A DNA stretch of 64,000 bases, taken from contig JASTWF010000048.1 in assembly GCA_030390025.1 (NCBI GenBank), positions 1,488,001 to 1,552,000 of the forward strand, read 5' to 3'. Shown piece after piece: positions 24,556-36,190 of the stretch. The notes beneath the pieces are model-generated. The model was not told the DNA's origin. It saw nothing but the letters and a program-made list of their open reading frames with translations, and made no database searches. The position numbers and the translations under genes were made by a program. The DNA comes from Squalus acanthias (lineage: Eukaryota). Within the stretch, counting starts at the first letter, position 1. Each line of letters starts with the position of its first letter.

Positions 24556-25155
24556 CTGTAATACAGAGTGAGGTGTAAACGTAAGAAAAATCTACACATC
24601 GACAGAGTGCCATGAAAAAGGACACGAGGGAGTTACAGAGTTCGAGAGAGAAGGAAAGAGATAGATACGGATAGAGAGAGAGGAGCATAGAGAGACACAG
24701 ATCAAACTATGGACAATCTATATATTGAAAGCTGAAGAAGCACAAGAGGAGAAAGAGAGAGAGAGAGCGCTGATAAATAGAAAGCGAGAGAAAGACAGAG
24801 TGAGGAAGAGAACGAGAGACAGACAGACATAAAGGTAGCCAGACAGAGAGACTGGCAGACAGAGAGACTGGCAGACAGAACTAGAGAGACTGAAAGANNN
24901 NNNNNNNNNNNNNNNNNNNNNNNNNNNNNNNNNNNNNNNNNNNNNNNNNNNNNNNNNNNNNNNNNNNNNNNNNNNNNNNNNNNNNNNNNNNNNNNNNNNN
25001 NNNNNNNNNNNNNNNNNNNNNNNNNNNNNNNNNNCGAAGAAGCGAGAATCTACAGCAACAGGTGAAGAGACCAGGAATGGATTAACTCCAAAGGGGGACA
25101 GGCGGGGTAATAACACTGAGGATGACTGAAACCTCACAGTCCATCTACATCTTAC

Positions 25156-25198
25156 CTGTTAACACCAGCAACACAACCCAGAGCTGAGACAGATACAT
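25156..25198 (-). CDS. Leader exon of V5 (MYLSQLWVVLLVLT)
   Basis: 43 bp, hydrophobic, phase-1 G|GTAAG donor. Confidence 0.88.
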
Positions 25199-25554
25199 CT
25201 CTGGAGGGATGAAGATTCGGATGTTATTGTGAAATCACTGAGCGGTTTTATTGTAGAATATCTCAAAGTTCTGGGCACTAAGTGAAATTTACTGACCCTT
25301 CTTCTACAATGCGAAGTGTTCGGATGGGCGGGTCCATTCTCTCTTCAATTGTTCATTGGCTCCCACATCGGGACTGGTCATTTTCTGGGCGGGGCTACTG
25401 TTGTCGCCGGTTAATTGGCGGTCTGTCTCCCCCCTTTGGTGGCGGAGTCTGGAGTTCGTTAAATCTGCAACAACCCAAAGGATCAGCTGAGATTGCGGTG
25501 ATGATGAGGGAGTGAGAAAATGGAGTTATGCTGTCTGTCTGATTCATTCAATGC

Positions 25555-25930
25555 ATAACCAGCGAGTGAGAGTCTTTACTCTGATTGAGGGACTTTACTC
25601 TGTATCTAATCAGTGATTGAAGGACATTACTCTGTATCAAATCAGTGATTGAAAGACTTTGCTCTGTAGCTAATCAGTAGGTGAGGGTCGTTACGCTGCA
25701 GCTAATCAGTGAGTGAGGGTCTTTACTTTGTATCTAATCTGTGATTGAGAGTCTTTACTCTGTATCTAATCAGTGAGTGATGGACTTTACTCTGTAGCTA
25801 ATCAGTGAGTGAAGGTCATTACTCTGTATCTAAACAGTGAGTGAGGTTCTTTACTCTGTATATAATCAGTGAGTGAGGATCTTCATTCTGTATCAAAACA
25901 GTGTTTGATGGGCTTTACTCTGTAGCTTAC
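25555..25930. repeat. 32-bp satellite, second array
   Basis: Same unit as 14040-15170. Confidence 0.9.
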
Positions 25931-26042
25931 CTATGCTGCGCGTGTCCACCACCCCACCCCCCGCCCCACGCCCTCGGGGTTAACACCATCCCCAGCAATG
26001 CTGCGACTGGTTCGGTCCTGAGCCCCGTTCTCTGCTGCACCA

Positions 26043-26081
26043 GGTTTTTGTTGCACCGCCCCGGCTCCTTGTGTCAATGTG
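26043..26081 (-). other. 23-RSS of V6
   Basis: CACATTG, 23 nt, ACAAAAACC. Confidence 0.9.
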
Positions 26082-26377
26082 AAGACTCCAGCTGCAGTAA
26101 TACACCCACGAGTCGTTCGCTAGCAGCCGGGCCGTTTGCAGGTTGAAGGTGGAGCCATCGAGTCTAGAGGCGGTGAAGCCGGCAAGCTCTCCCGCCGAAT
26201 CGATGCGCACGGTATTGGGATAGAAGAAAAACAGCGAGAGCTCTCCGTCTTGGAGCTGGCGTTACCATGAAAACACTGTGTCGATGGAGCCCTCTGCATA
26301 ACAGCGGATCTGCACTGAGGAGTGCAGGGATATGGAGATTACAGGCGGAATTTGCTGAACACTGCCGCTAGCTACAC
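26082..26377 (-). pseudogene. TRBV: TCR beta V pseudogene V6 (TRBV30-like), single nonsense codon
   Basis: VASGSVQQIPPVISISLHSSVQIRCYAEGSIDTVFSW*RQLQDGELSLFFFYP..GFTASRLDGSTFNLQTARLLANDSWVYYCSWSL; TAA at 26262-26264. Confidence 0.88.
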
Positions 26378-26466
26378 CTGCGAATAGGAGAGAAATTGTG
26401 TTAAACTACAGGAGGCGCTCACATTCGGAGCCAGACTGAGCCGTGGCATTGCAGAGGCTGACTTAC

Positions 26467-26509
26467 TGTGCAGCAGCAGCGCAGACACCAGACACCGGAT
26501 TACATGCAT
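26467..26509 (-). other. Leader exon of V6 (MHVIRCLVSALLLH)
   Basis: 43 bp, A|GTAAGT donor, 89-bp intron to the V exon. Confidence 0.85.
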
Positions 26510-27199
26510 CGTGCTTAATAGTTTGCACAAGAGAAATGAGCGAAACTTTGTAACAAATTCTGCTCACCCGGCAGCTGCGTAGCGGCTTTATCGAACTGCG
26601 GTTCTGTTTGGCTCACAGCTGCAGCCCGCTCACTCCAAGCCACTCCTTCGTGAAGTCTGATTGACAGCTGTTGATCCCTCGCCCCTTACCCCGCCCCTCC
26701 CGGCTTCTCTTCTCCAACGAGGTCGCTCAACCCTGGTAACATGCTCAAAGGCGAACAATCCCAGCTTCTCTGGTCTCGCCACACAACTGATGTCCCTCGA
26801 TACTGGTAACATTCTGGTAAATCTCCTCGGAACCCTCTTTGAGGTCTTGACATCCTTTCTAAAATGTGTTTGGATACAATACTCCATCTGGGGTTGGGGA
26901 AAATTGTTTCTCAATGTTTAATCATTAAAACAAATCGAATGATATTGTGAGAAAGGTGTTGCTCAATTAAATGCTTGCACAGCACCAGAAATAAAGCAGC
27001 AAGTTGGTGAATGTTGTGAAGCATTGTGGCGGTGAGATGCACTCCGGTGGGTGCTGCTTTTTTTCAAACAAAGTTCCACAAAGTATTTACAGCACAGAAG
27101 CAGTACATTCGACCCAACAGGTCCATGCCGGTGTTTATGCTGCACACGAGCCTCCTCCCAACCTCGTTCATCTGACCCCATCAACATACCGTTCTATTC

Positions 27200-29160
27200 A
27201 TAAGAACATAAGAAATGCGAGCAGGATTATGCCATTTGGCCCTTCGAGCCTGCTCCGCCATCCAGTAAGATCATGGCTGATCTTCTACCTCATGGCCACT
27301 TCCCTGCACTATCCCCATATCCCTTGATTCCCTTAATATTCAAAAATCTATCGATCTCTGTCTTGAATATACTCAACGACTGAGCCTCCACAGCCCTCTG
27401 GCGTAGATGATTCCAAAGATTCATCACCCTCTGAGTGAAGAAATTTCTCCTCATCTCAGTTCCTACACGGCCGAGCCCTTATTCTGAGACTGTGATCCTG
27501 GTTCTAGACGCCCCTGCCAGGGGAAACATCCTCCCTGCATTTAACCTGTCAAGCTTTGAAAGAATTGTGTTGTTTCAATCCCTTCTCCTTGTGCTTATCT
27601 TGCTTCCCCTTGAAAGTCTCTATGCTATTCTCCTCGATTACTCCCTGTGACAGCGAATTCCACATTCTAACCAATCTCTGGGCAAATAAGGTAAACCTGA
27701 ATTTCCTATTGGATCTATTAGCGACTATCTGATATTTATGGGCCCTATTGCTGGTCTCCCCTGCAAGTGGATATATCTTCTCTATCTCTACACCATCAAA
27801 CCCTTTCATAATCTTAACAATCTCCATCAGGTCAGCCTCAGTCTTCTCGTTTCTCGAGAAAAGAGACCCAGCCTGTCCAATCGTTCCTGATAGCTAAAAG
27901 CTCTCAGTTCTGGTATCATTCTAATAAATATCTTTTGCACTTTCTCCAGTGCCTCTATAACCGTTTTATAACTTGTAGATCAGAACTGTTCACATAATCC
28001 AAGTTTGGTCTAACCAAGGTTCTATACAAGTTTGACATAACTGCGCTGCTTTTAAATTCTAACCCGCTAGAAATGAACAAAAGTGCTTTGTTTGCTTTTT
28101 AATGGCTTTATTAACCTGTGTCGCTACTTTTAGTGATCTGTGTATCTGTATCACCAGATCCCTCTGTTCCTCTGCCCTATTTAGACAATTATTTTCTAAG
28201 TAGTAAGTGGCCTTCTTATTATCCTACCAAAATGTATTTCATCGAACTTTTCTATATTGAAGTTCATTTGCCAGTTACAAGCCCATTCTGTATGTTTATT
28301 AATGTATTACTGTATTTGTTGCAGTCCTCCTCTGTATTAACTACATCCCCAATTTGGGGTCAATCGCAAATTTTAAAATTGTTCTTCCAATTCCCGAGAC
28401 CAAATCGTTTATGTAAATGTTGAACAATTGTGGTCACAGCACCGATCCTTGTGGAACACCACTTCTCGCCATTTGCCAATCTGAGTAACTACCTTTAACC
28501 CCAACTCTCTGTTTCCTGTTTGTAGCCAGCTTGCTCTCCATTCTGCTACTTGTCCACTGACTCCAACCTTTCTGACCTTAGTCATGAATCTAATATGAGA
28601 TACACAATCGAATGCTGTTTGGAAATCCAAATAGATTATGTCTACATTCTTACCCATACCTACCCTTTCAGTTACTTCTTCAAAGAATACAATAAGGTTG
28701 GTCAAGCATGAACTTCCCTTTTTGTAATCTTCGTTATTATAGACTCTTAGCTGCTCTTTATTATATTTTCAGCTTCTAGATTTTTTTCTTGAAACCTTTG
28801 AGCAAGGATTCCATTTGCTTACCTATCACCGACGTTAAACTAATTGAGCTGTAGTTCCCTGGACTTGTTCTATCTCCCTTTCTTAATATAATAATTACAT
28901 TGGCAGCCCGCCAGTCCTCTGGCACTATCCCCTATTCTAATGATTTTTCAAATATATTTATGTAATAGTAGCTCTACTATCTCTTACCTAAGTTCTTTAT
29001 GTTTGAGCATATGCAATCCATCCGGACCAGGGGGATTATCCTCTCTAGTATCGAATAGTTTGTCAATTATCTTCCCTCGTTCTATCTCAAATGTCTTTAT
29101 ATACTTTTTGATATCTTCTTCGAATGTCATGAGCACCAAGTTAGTTTCCCTGGTAAATAC
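27200..29160 (-). mobile_element. Nested CR1 LINE fragments
   Basis: TNLIVFFEEVT..IIYLDFQTAFD and LVRMWNSLSQ; CR1 3' tail at about 27200. Confidence 0.85.
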
Positions 29161-30269
29161 GGACCAGACCAGGTTCAGTCTTAAATTCAGGTCAGTTTCA
29201 TTAGCATAGCGTCAGAGCCGGAAGTCGCATCAAACAGTTGCAATCGCTTCTACATTAACTCAACACAATTCACAGCTTAACTTTAATATTGGGTCAGAGA
29301 ATTTACCATCTGATTTCGATGGTACTTNNNNNNNNNNNNNNNNNNNNNNNNNNNNNNNNNNNNNNNNNNNNNNNNNNNNNNNNNNNNNNNNNNNNNNNNN
29401 NNNNNNNNNNNNNNNNNNNNNNNNNNNNNNNNNNNNNNNNNNNNNNNNNNNNNNNNNNNNNNNNNNNNNNNNNNNNNNNNNNNNNNNNNTTCCATCTTTC
29501 ATTTCTCTCTCTTTCTTTCCTGCTTCCTCTGCTTCTCTCTCTCTCATTATTTCTCTTTTTCTTTCTTTCTCTCTCTCGTTTATTTATTTCACTGTCGCGA
29601 AATGGAAAGGATACAGAACCAGCGGAATGGACCATTAAGGGGAACTTTAGCTCTGAGGCGGCATTGCTCATTCGCTGCCAAATCAAAGTGTGGCGTTGGC
29701 TTCAATGGAGCTGCAGCTCCACTTAGTAAGTTAACGTAAGTTTAGTCAAGTCAAATCTTGAAATAGATCCGCCTTCCAACTTTCTCCTCTGCTTCAGATA
29801 CTGACTTTTGCTACGTGGAAGTACGTAGAATGTCTAGCACAGAATCATGCCGTTTGGCCCAACTGGTCTGTGCAGGTATTTATGCTCCACACGACCCTGC
29901 TCCCACACCTCTTCATCTCACCCTTTCAGCATATACTTATTTTCCTTTCTCCCTCGTATGTTTAACAAGTATCCACTTCAGTGCATCTATGCTATTTGCC
30001 TCAACCTTTCCCCGTGGTAGCGAGTTCCACACACACTGTGTAAAGAAGTATCTCCTGAATTCATTTTTGGATTTATCAGTGACTATCATATTGCCCCTTC
30101 ATTTTGTCTCCCCCACAAATGGAATCATCTTCTCATCGTCTACCCTATCAAATCTTTCATAATTCTAAAGACGTCCATTAAGTCATCCTTCAGTCTTCTC
30201 TCTTCTAGAGAAAAGAACCCCAACCTGTTCAGATTTTGCTGGTAGATATATTCACACCGTACACTTACA

Positions 30270-31575
30270 CTGAGGTCTAACCAAGGCATATGGAGACCTG
30301 AACTGTTCACAGTGCTCCAAGTGTGGTCAAACTAAGTTACATGGAGACCAGAACTGTGCACAGTGCTCAAAGTGTGGTCTAACCAAGGTATATGGAGACC
30401 GGAACTGTGCACAATGCTCGAAGTGTGGTATAAGCAAGCTATATGCAGACCATAATTGTGCACAGTACTCCAAGTGTACTCTAACCAAGGTATATGGAGA
30501 CCGGATCTGTGCACATTGCTCCATAAGTGATTACACCAAGGCACATGGAGACAGAACTGTGCACAGTGCTCCAAGTGTGGTCAAACCATGGTATATGAAG
30601 ACAAGATATGAGTACATTGCTCCATAAGTGGTCTAACATAGAAATATAGAAACATAGAAGATAGGAGCAGGAGAAGGTCATTCAGCCCCTCGAGCATGCT
30701 CCGCCATTCAATGAGATCATGGCTGATCATCCAAATTCAGTACCCTGTCCGTGCCTTCTCCCCATATCCCTTGATCCCTTTAGCTTTAAGAAATATATCT
30801 AACTCCTTCTTGAATATATTTAATGAATTGCCTCTACTGCCTTCTGTGGTAGAGAATTCCACAGGTTCACCACTCTCTGGGTGAAGAAATTCATCCTCAT
30901 CTCAGTCATAAATGGCTTACCCTTTATCCTTAGACTGTGACCCCTGTTTCTGGACTCCCCGGCCATCGGGAACATCCTTCCTGCATCTAGTTTGTCTAGT
31001 CCTCTTAGAATGTTATAACTTTCAATGAGACCCCTCTCATTCTTCCAATCTCCAGCGAGTATAAGCCCAATCGACCCAATCTCTCCCCAGACGTCATTCC
31101 TGCCAACCCAGGTATCAGCCTGGTGATTCTTCGCTGCATTCACTCCATGACAAGAACATCCTTCCTCAGATAAGGAGACCAAAACTTCACAAAATACTCA
31201 AGATGTGGCCTCGCCAATGCCCTGAACAAGTTCAGCAAGTCATCCTTGTTCCGGTGCTCGAACCCTTTCTCTACGGAGGCCAACATACCAAGGTATATGG
31301 AGATCAGAACTGTGCACAATGCTGTAAGTGTGGTCTAACCAAGTTATATGGAGACGAGAACAGTGCTCAGTGCTCTAAGTGTGGTGTAACCAAGGTATAT
31401 CGAGACCAGAAATGTGCACAGTGCTCCAAGTGTGGTCTAACCAATGTATATGGAAACCAGAACTGTGCACAGTGCTTCAAGTGTCGTCTAACCAAGGTAT
31501 ATGGAGATCAGAACTGTGCACAGTACTCCAAGTGTGATCTAACCAAGCTATATGGAGTATAGAACTGTGCACGGG
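30270..31575 (-). repeat. 51-bp minisatellite derived from CR1 ORF2 (YTLVRPHLEHCAQFWSP), interrupted by a CR1 3' fragment at about 30637-31285
   Basis: Unit ctaaccaaggtatatggagaccagaactgtgcacagtgctccaagtgtggt; about 13 copies in two blocks. Confidence 0.88.
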
Positions 31576-31662
31576 GCGCTGTTCTTTGTAAATTTACTGG
31601 GGTTTGAGAGCATGTTGAATGAGGTTACTTGTCTAAGTGCAACCTGACTCTGAAGCACGATA

Positions 31663-31952
31663 TCCCATGAGCAGCTGCACAGAAATACACCGCCACATCT
31701 GTGCGTTTAATGCTTTCGATCATCAGGGCGGATTTCTTATTCTCCCTAGTCCTCGTAGTAGCAAACCCGCTCTTAAAACCCTGAAGATACTGATCTTCAC
31801 GTCATCAATGAATAGATCTGATTAACACTTACCGCCGGCGGGCTGACCATACCACAGCATGTTATTGCGAAGGGTACTGTTCTGCTCACAGTTCAGTTCG
31901 GTACAGCCTCGCTCCATGACTCATTGATGCACCACATCGGCTGCTGAACCAA
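31663..31952 (-). pseudogene. TRBV: TCR beta V pseudogene V7 (IHQWP family)
   Basis: GSAADVVHQ*..TELNCEQNSTLRNNMLWYGQPAGG..*, then frameshifted GFKSGFATTRTRENKKSALMIESIKRTDVAVYFCAAAH. Decayed RSS TATCGTG-23-ACAAGTAAC at 31624-31662. Confidence 0.82.
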
Positions 31953-32341
31953 CTGCAAACAGGAATTACGGGGAAAGAATTAGTACGGTTTCCGTTACAC
32001 TTGCGACGATAGTTGTGGGAGTTGCGCTAAATTACCGATGGAAATTAAGGCTCGCTCCTAATTTCCTACAAGCACCTGGGAAAACTCAGCTGTAAAATAC
32101 AAGGTCAAAATCTGAAAACGCGCATCTGGGTGAAAATATTAAAAGGTTAGAATGATATTAATGACGTGTGTTGTAGAAAAAACGGAACATATTTAAGAGC
32201 CAACTATCTTATTTGAAATCATTGACTGCCTGTATATCACTTCATCGCGGTGGCGTTAACGAATTGCATTATTTAGATCGTCATTTATCCGTTTTAGTTG
32301 ATTAAGTCTAGAACATTGAGAGCGAATTATTTTTAACATAC

Positions 32342-32387
32342 TCATCGCCAGGAAGAGAAGAGCGCAGACAAGGATATTGAATCGCAT
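32342..32387 (-). other. Leader exon of V7 (MRFNILVCALLFLAM)
   Basis: 46 bp, A|GTATG donor, hydrophobic. Confidence 0.78.
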
Positions 32388-32646
32388 CTTTTCAGGTGAT
32401 CTAAGACACCTTTCTTTCTTTCTTTCCTTCTTTCTACTGTCATTCTGTCCTTCTTTCTTTCCTTCTTTCGTTGTTTCTTTCTTTCTGTCTCTCATTTCCT
32501 CGCACCTTCTATTATTTCCTGTCATTCTGCCCTTGTTAAACGTGCAAGAATCGTGTGTAACCAGGTGGAAATAGCCGGTGAAGCGTGCAGACCTTAGCTA
32601 TTGTCACAGCTCTTGTTATTCAGGGAGTTGCGTTGTTCACTCTGCT

Positions 32647-32685
32647 GGTTTTTGTACTGGCACTCGCGCAGTCTGCAGCGCTGTG
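32647..32685 (-). other. 23-RSS of V8
   Basis: CACAGCG, 23 nt, ACAAAAACC. Confidence 0.93.
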
Positions 32686-32987
32686 CTCACTGGCTGCACA
32701 GTAATACACGGCTGTATCCGCAGCCTTCACCTTGAAGATCTTCAGGGTGCACTTTTTATCCTCGGGCCTTACAATTTCGACCTCCTTCTCAAAGTTTTCT
32801 TCCAAAGTGACTGGAATTCCAGTACGAGAATAGCCTATAAGGTTGAGGCTCTGATCGGCGTACTGCCGATACCACAGCATGACGTCCTTGCTGCTGTCGT
32901 TCTGGTAACAGTTTAATTCTACAGGTTCGCCTTTATTCATTGTTACTGTACTTGGCCATTGGTGTATCATCTCTGCTACTGTTTTAC
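32686..32987 (-). CDS. TRBV: TCR beta V segment V8, V exon, apparently functional
   Basis: KTVAEMIHQWPSTVTMNKGEPVELNCYQNDSSKDVMLWYRQYADQSLNLIGYS..EIVRPEDKKCTLKIFKVKAADTAVYYCAASE; acceptor atttctcaag|. Confidence 0.92.
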
Positions 32988-33529
32988 CTTGAGAAATAAG
33001 GAGAACGTTTCCATTGTTCAGTGNNNNNNNNNNNNNNNNNNNNNNNNNNNNNNNNNNNNNNNNNNNNNNNNNNNNNNNNNNNNNNNNNNNNNNNNNNNNN
33101 NNNNNNNNNNNNNNNNNNNNNNNNNNNNNNNNNNNNNNNNNNNNNNNNNNNNNNNNNNNNNNNNNNNNNNNNNNNNNNNNNNNNNNNNNNNNNNNNNNNN
33201 NNNNNNNNNNNNNNNNNNNNNNNNNNNNNNNNNNNNNNNNNNNNNNNNNNNNNNATTGACATAGAATTAATGGAAATTTACCGTTAAATGACAATTCTTT
33301 ATTAGAGTTACGAAAATATAGGTAATAAAACTATTGAATCAAAAACATCATTGAGCCAAAATTATCACAACCATATTCCGTTTAATTATCCAGCTAAATT
33401 ACACAGTTTAAGCAAAATTTAATAAGTTATGTTAAGGCATGAGAATACGATTGGCAGAAAGAGTCAGTAGTGAATGAAAACACAAATAACATTTTAGCGC
33501 AAGTATCGTAATAAATGGAGAATACGAAC

Positions 33530-33575
33530 ATGGAAACAGCGGCCAGAGGATAATGAAGAGATTGACAAACTGCAT
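33530..33575 (-). CDS. Probable leader exon of V8 (MQFVNLFIILWPLFP)
   Basis: 46 bp, phase 1, weak donor T|GTTCGT, with an ETS-CRE motif about 65 bp upstream. The intron contains a gap. Confidence 0.65.
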
Positions 33576-33640
33576 CCCACAGACTGGGAGCTGAAGCCGT
33601 TACTGGACAAAATGCTGATAGCTGAAGTTAAAACTGACTG

Positions 33641-33655
33641 CCGGAAATGACATCA
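33641..33655 (+). promoter_or_regulatory. ETS+CRE/decamer motif upstream of V8
   Basis: CCGGAAATGACATCA. Confidence 0.65.
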
Positions 33656-34885
33656 GGAGAAGTTATGTTCCCTTTCGTCAGTTCCTGAATGAAATAATAT
33701 TCAGAACACCTGGTCGAAAGATGAATTAGACAGCAACGAGTTCCGCTCCCTGCGGTGACATTGTATGTGTCTGAATGGGCGAGTTGGGCAACTGGTTCAG
33801 TTATCTACACGTTTGATTCGATTTGAGGTCGAGGTCGAGCGGTCTGTCCTGCTATGGAGCTCTTCCAGTTCTTTGTAGGATGCAGGTAGAAAGGGCGAGT
33901 AAATGTCATGTGCACTATTTTTTGACGTGGACGGTTAATTACACGGGGCGGCTCCTTGGAACGGCCCGTTTCACTGGTGTAATCTTTATGCCTGAATGGA
34001 AGTAGTTTGTTCCAGTGGGACTTCTACTGTGGGGTTCCTCGAGCTTTAGAAATCAGTGTCTAAGCTTTAATAACCCAACACAGCAGCAGGTCCATTGGAA
34101 ACACCATCATCTCCAAGTCCCCCTCCAGTTCACACACACACCGTCCCAATTTGGTCATAAATCGGCCGTTCCTTCAGCGACGCTCGGTCAACATCCTGTG
34201 GGGGCACTTTCACCACACGGGACAGCAGCTGTTCAAGAGAAGTCCCACCACCACCTTTTCAAGGGGCAACTAGGGATGGGTTATCAATCCGGTCTTGCCA
34301 GCGACGTCCACATTCCGAGAATGAATACAAAGAAAATAATCTTTATTTATCTCACACTTTCTCATATTTTTTAATTTTAGCGCTGTTCTGCACTTTAGCC
34401 CATGCACCTTCACTTAACTTTCGCATAAAAACGTGGGGTGTTGAAGTTTGATAAAAAGGTTTTGATAGGGTAGATGGAGATAAATTATTTGCTCCGATGG
34501 CTAAGTCCAGAAAAATGGAAAATAAACTTAGAGCTCTGCTCTCCTGGGATGATGTTAGGAAGCACTTATTCAGACAAAGGTAAGTGGAAATCTGAAACGG
34601 TCTCCCCCAAACAGCTGTTGAGGCTGGGTGTCAAAAGAACATTTCAAATCTGATATGATTAGATTTTTTTCAGGCAAAGTTATTAATGTTTCTGAAACCA
34701 AGGCGAGGAGATACAGTTAATATACAGATCAGCCGTGATCGAATTGAATGGCAGAACAGGCTCGAGGGGCCAACTGGTCTACTCCTATTCTTATGTAATA
34801 GGCTCGAGGGGCTAAATGGTCTACTCCTGTTCCAATATTGCTATGAGTCTGCAAGTTTCAATGTTGGCTTCCTCTTGCTATACCA

Positions 34886-34903
34886 GAGCTCCCCCTAGTG
34901 GTG
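34886..34903 (-). promoter_or_regulatory. CTCF-like site 3' of V9
   Basis: CACCACTAGGGGGAGCTC. Confidence 0.6.
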
Positions 34904-35120
34904 CCTGATAGAAGATGATTGAATTGAAATGACAGCCGCGTTGATCAGGGCAAACTCGTATCCCCCAAGTATAATGATATCCTATCGTCTGTTTTCAGGA
35001 ATGAATGAACTGGTTAAACACAAATGAATATAATAATAGCCTATAGAGCAATGTCGTGCGCGTTAAGCGTGCGAGGGTAGGTCTGGGGGTCCCGGCATCT
35101 TTCTGTTCGAAGTTACAGTG

Positions 35121-35159
35121 AGTTTTTGAACCAGCTCTGCGCTTGTTTGAATCGCTGTG
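35121..35159 (-). other. 23-RSS of V9
   Basis: CACAGCG, 23 nt, TCAAAAACT. Confidence 0.88.
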
Positions 35160-35461
35160 CTGTGTAGCAGCGCAGTAGTAGGCCGCCGTGTCAGTCGGCT
35201 CAGCGCTCAGTATTTTCAGGCTGCAGGACTTAGTATCAGGTCTCATTACTTCAAACCTTTCCTTGAATCCATCCTCGTGTGTTGGCTCACTGCCGGACAC
35301 CGAGGTCGCTATGAGCTGCAACCCTGCCCCGCTGTACTGCCGGTACCAGTACATCCTTGCATTGCTGGTATCGTTCTGGTAACAGTGCATTTCCACCTCT
35401 TGACCCTTTCCAACGGACAACCATCTCCCCCACTGGTGGACGATGGAACATCTGGATGGGG
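35160..35461 (-). CDS. TRBV: TCR beta V segment V9, intact V exon (leader apparently frameshifted)
   Basis: PSRCSIVHQWGRWLSVGKGQEVEMHCYQNDTSNARMYWYRQYSGAGLQLIATSVSGSEPTHEDGFKERFEVMRPDTKSCSLKILSAEPTDTAAYYCAATQ. Confidence 0.88.
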
Positions 35462-36033
35462 CTGAAGAACAACAATGAAAGGGAATAGAAAAGAGGGGTT
35501 AAGTTTAAATCAGAAACGTTGGACAAGTATTTCCTCAAATCCGAGAAAAACTGCCTGAACAATGGGTGCTGGGTTAAATACATGGCCCGATGTAGCACCG
35601 AGCCATTCAGACCAGGAAAACTCCAGGATCAACTTCGGCCTGTCCTGGGCTAATATTTATCCCTCAACCACTATCACTGAATAAAAACAGATGATCTGGT
35701 CATTATCACATTGCTGTTTGTGTGTCCTTGCTGTGCGCAAATTGACTGCCCGCGTTTCCTACATTATAACAGTGACAACACTTTAAAAGTTGTAAAGCAC
35801 TTTGGAACATCCTGAGCTCGACATCGGCGCTACAGAATTGTAAGTTACTTCTTTCCAATATTCCGATTTGTCCTAAGTTAGAGGTGGGACTGGGGCGTGC
35901 TGCTCCCTGTTCTTATTAGAATACGGACTGCAATCAAACTAAAGCAGAGCAACCGCGTTAGGAACAACCACAATTTGAGATATCACAAGTAAGTTGACAG
36001 CTGAACGAGCTCCGCCACAGAGAATATACTTAC

Positions 36034-36078
36034 TTAAGAGAAGCAGGAACAGGGAACACACGAAGTGGTAGAGGTCAT
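36034..36078 (-). other. Leader exon of V9, 45 bp (one base short)
   Basis: ATGAC CTC TAC CAC TTC GTG TGT TCC CTG TTC CTG CTT CTC TTA A|GTAAGT. The hydrophobic frame is out of phase with the ATG. Confidence 0.7.
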
Positions 36079-36175
36079 GCTGTCAGGCGTTCAGCAGATG
36101 ATCTATTCTCGTATTAACTCCCCTGGCATCGGCTCCAAGCTGCTACTTCCGTTTCCGTTTCTTTTGTCTGACAAT

Positions 36176-36190
36176 CAGGAAGTAACATCA
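36176..36190 (+). promoter_or_regulatory. ETS+CRE/decamer motif upstream of V9
   Basis: CAGGAAGTAACATCA. Confidence 0.6.

Noticed and set aside
29600-29800. Possible V relic (minus strand GGSISRFDLTKLTL); similar faint signal at 49130-49420
   Set aside because: No convincing WYRQ, YYC or RSS; it would need a profile HMM search to support.
31203-31562. Cys-rich zinc-finger or metallothionein-like ORF
   Set aside because: Antisense translation of the CR1-derived 51-bp minisatellite.
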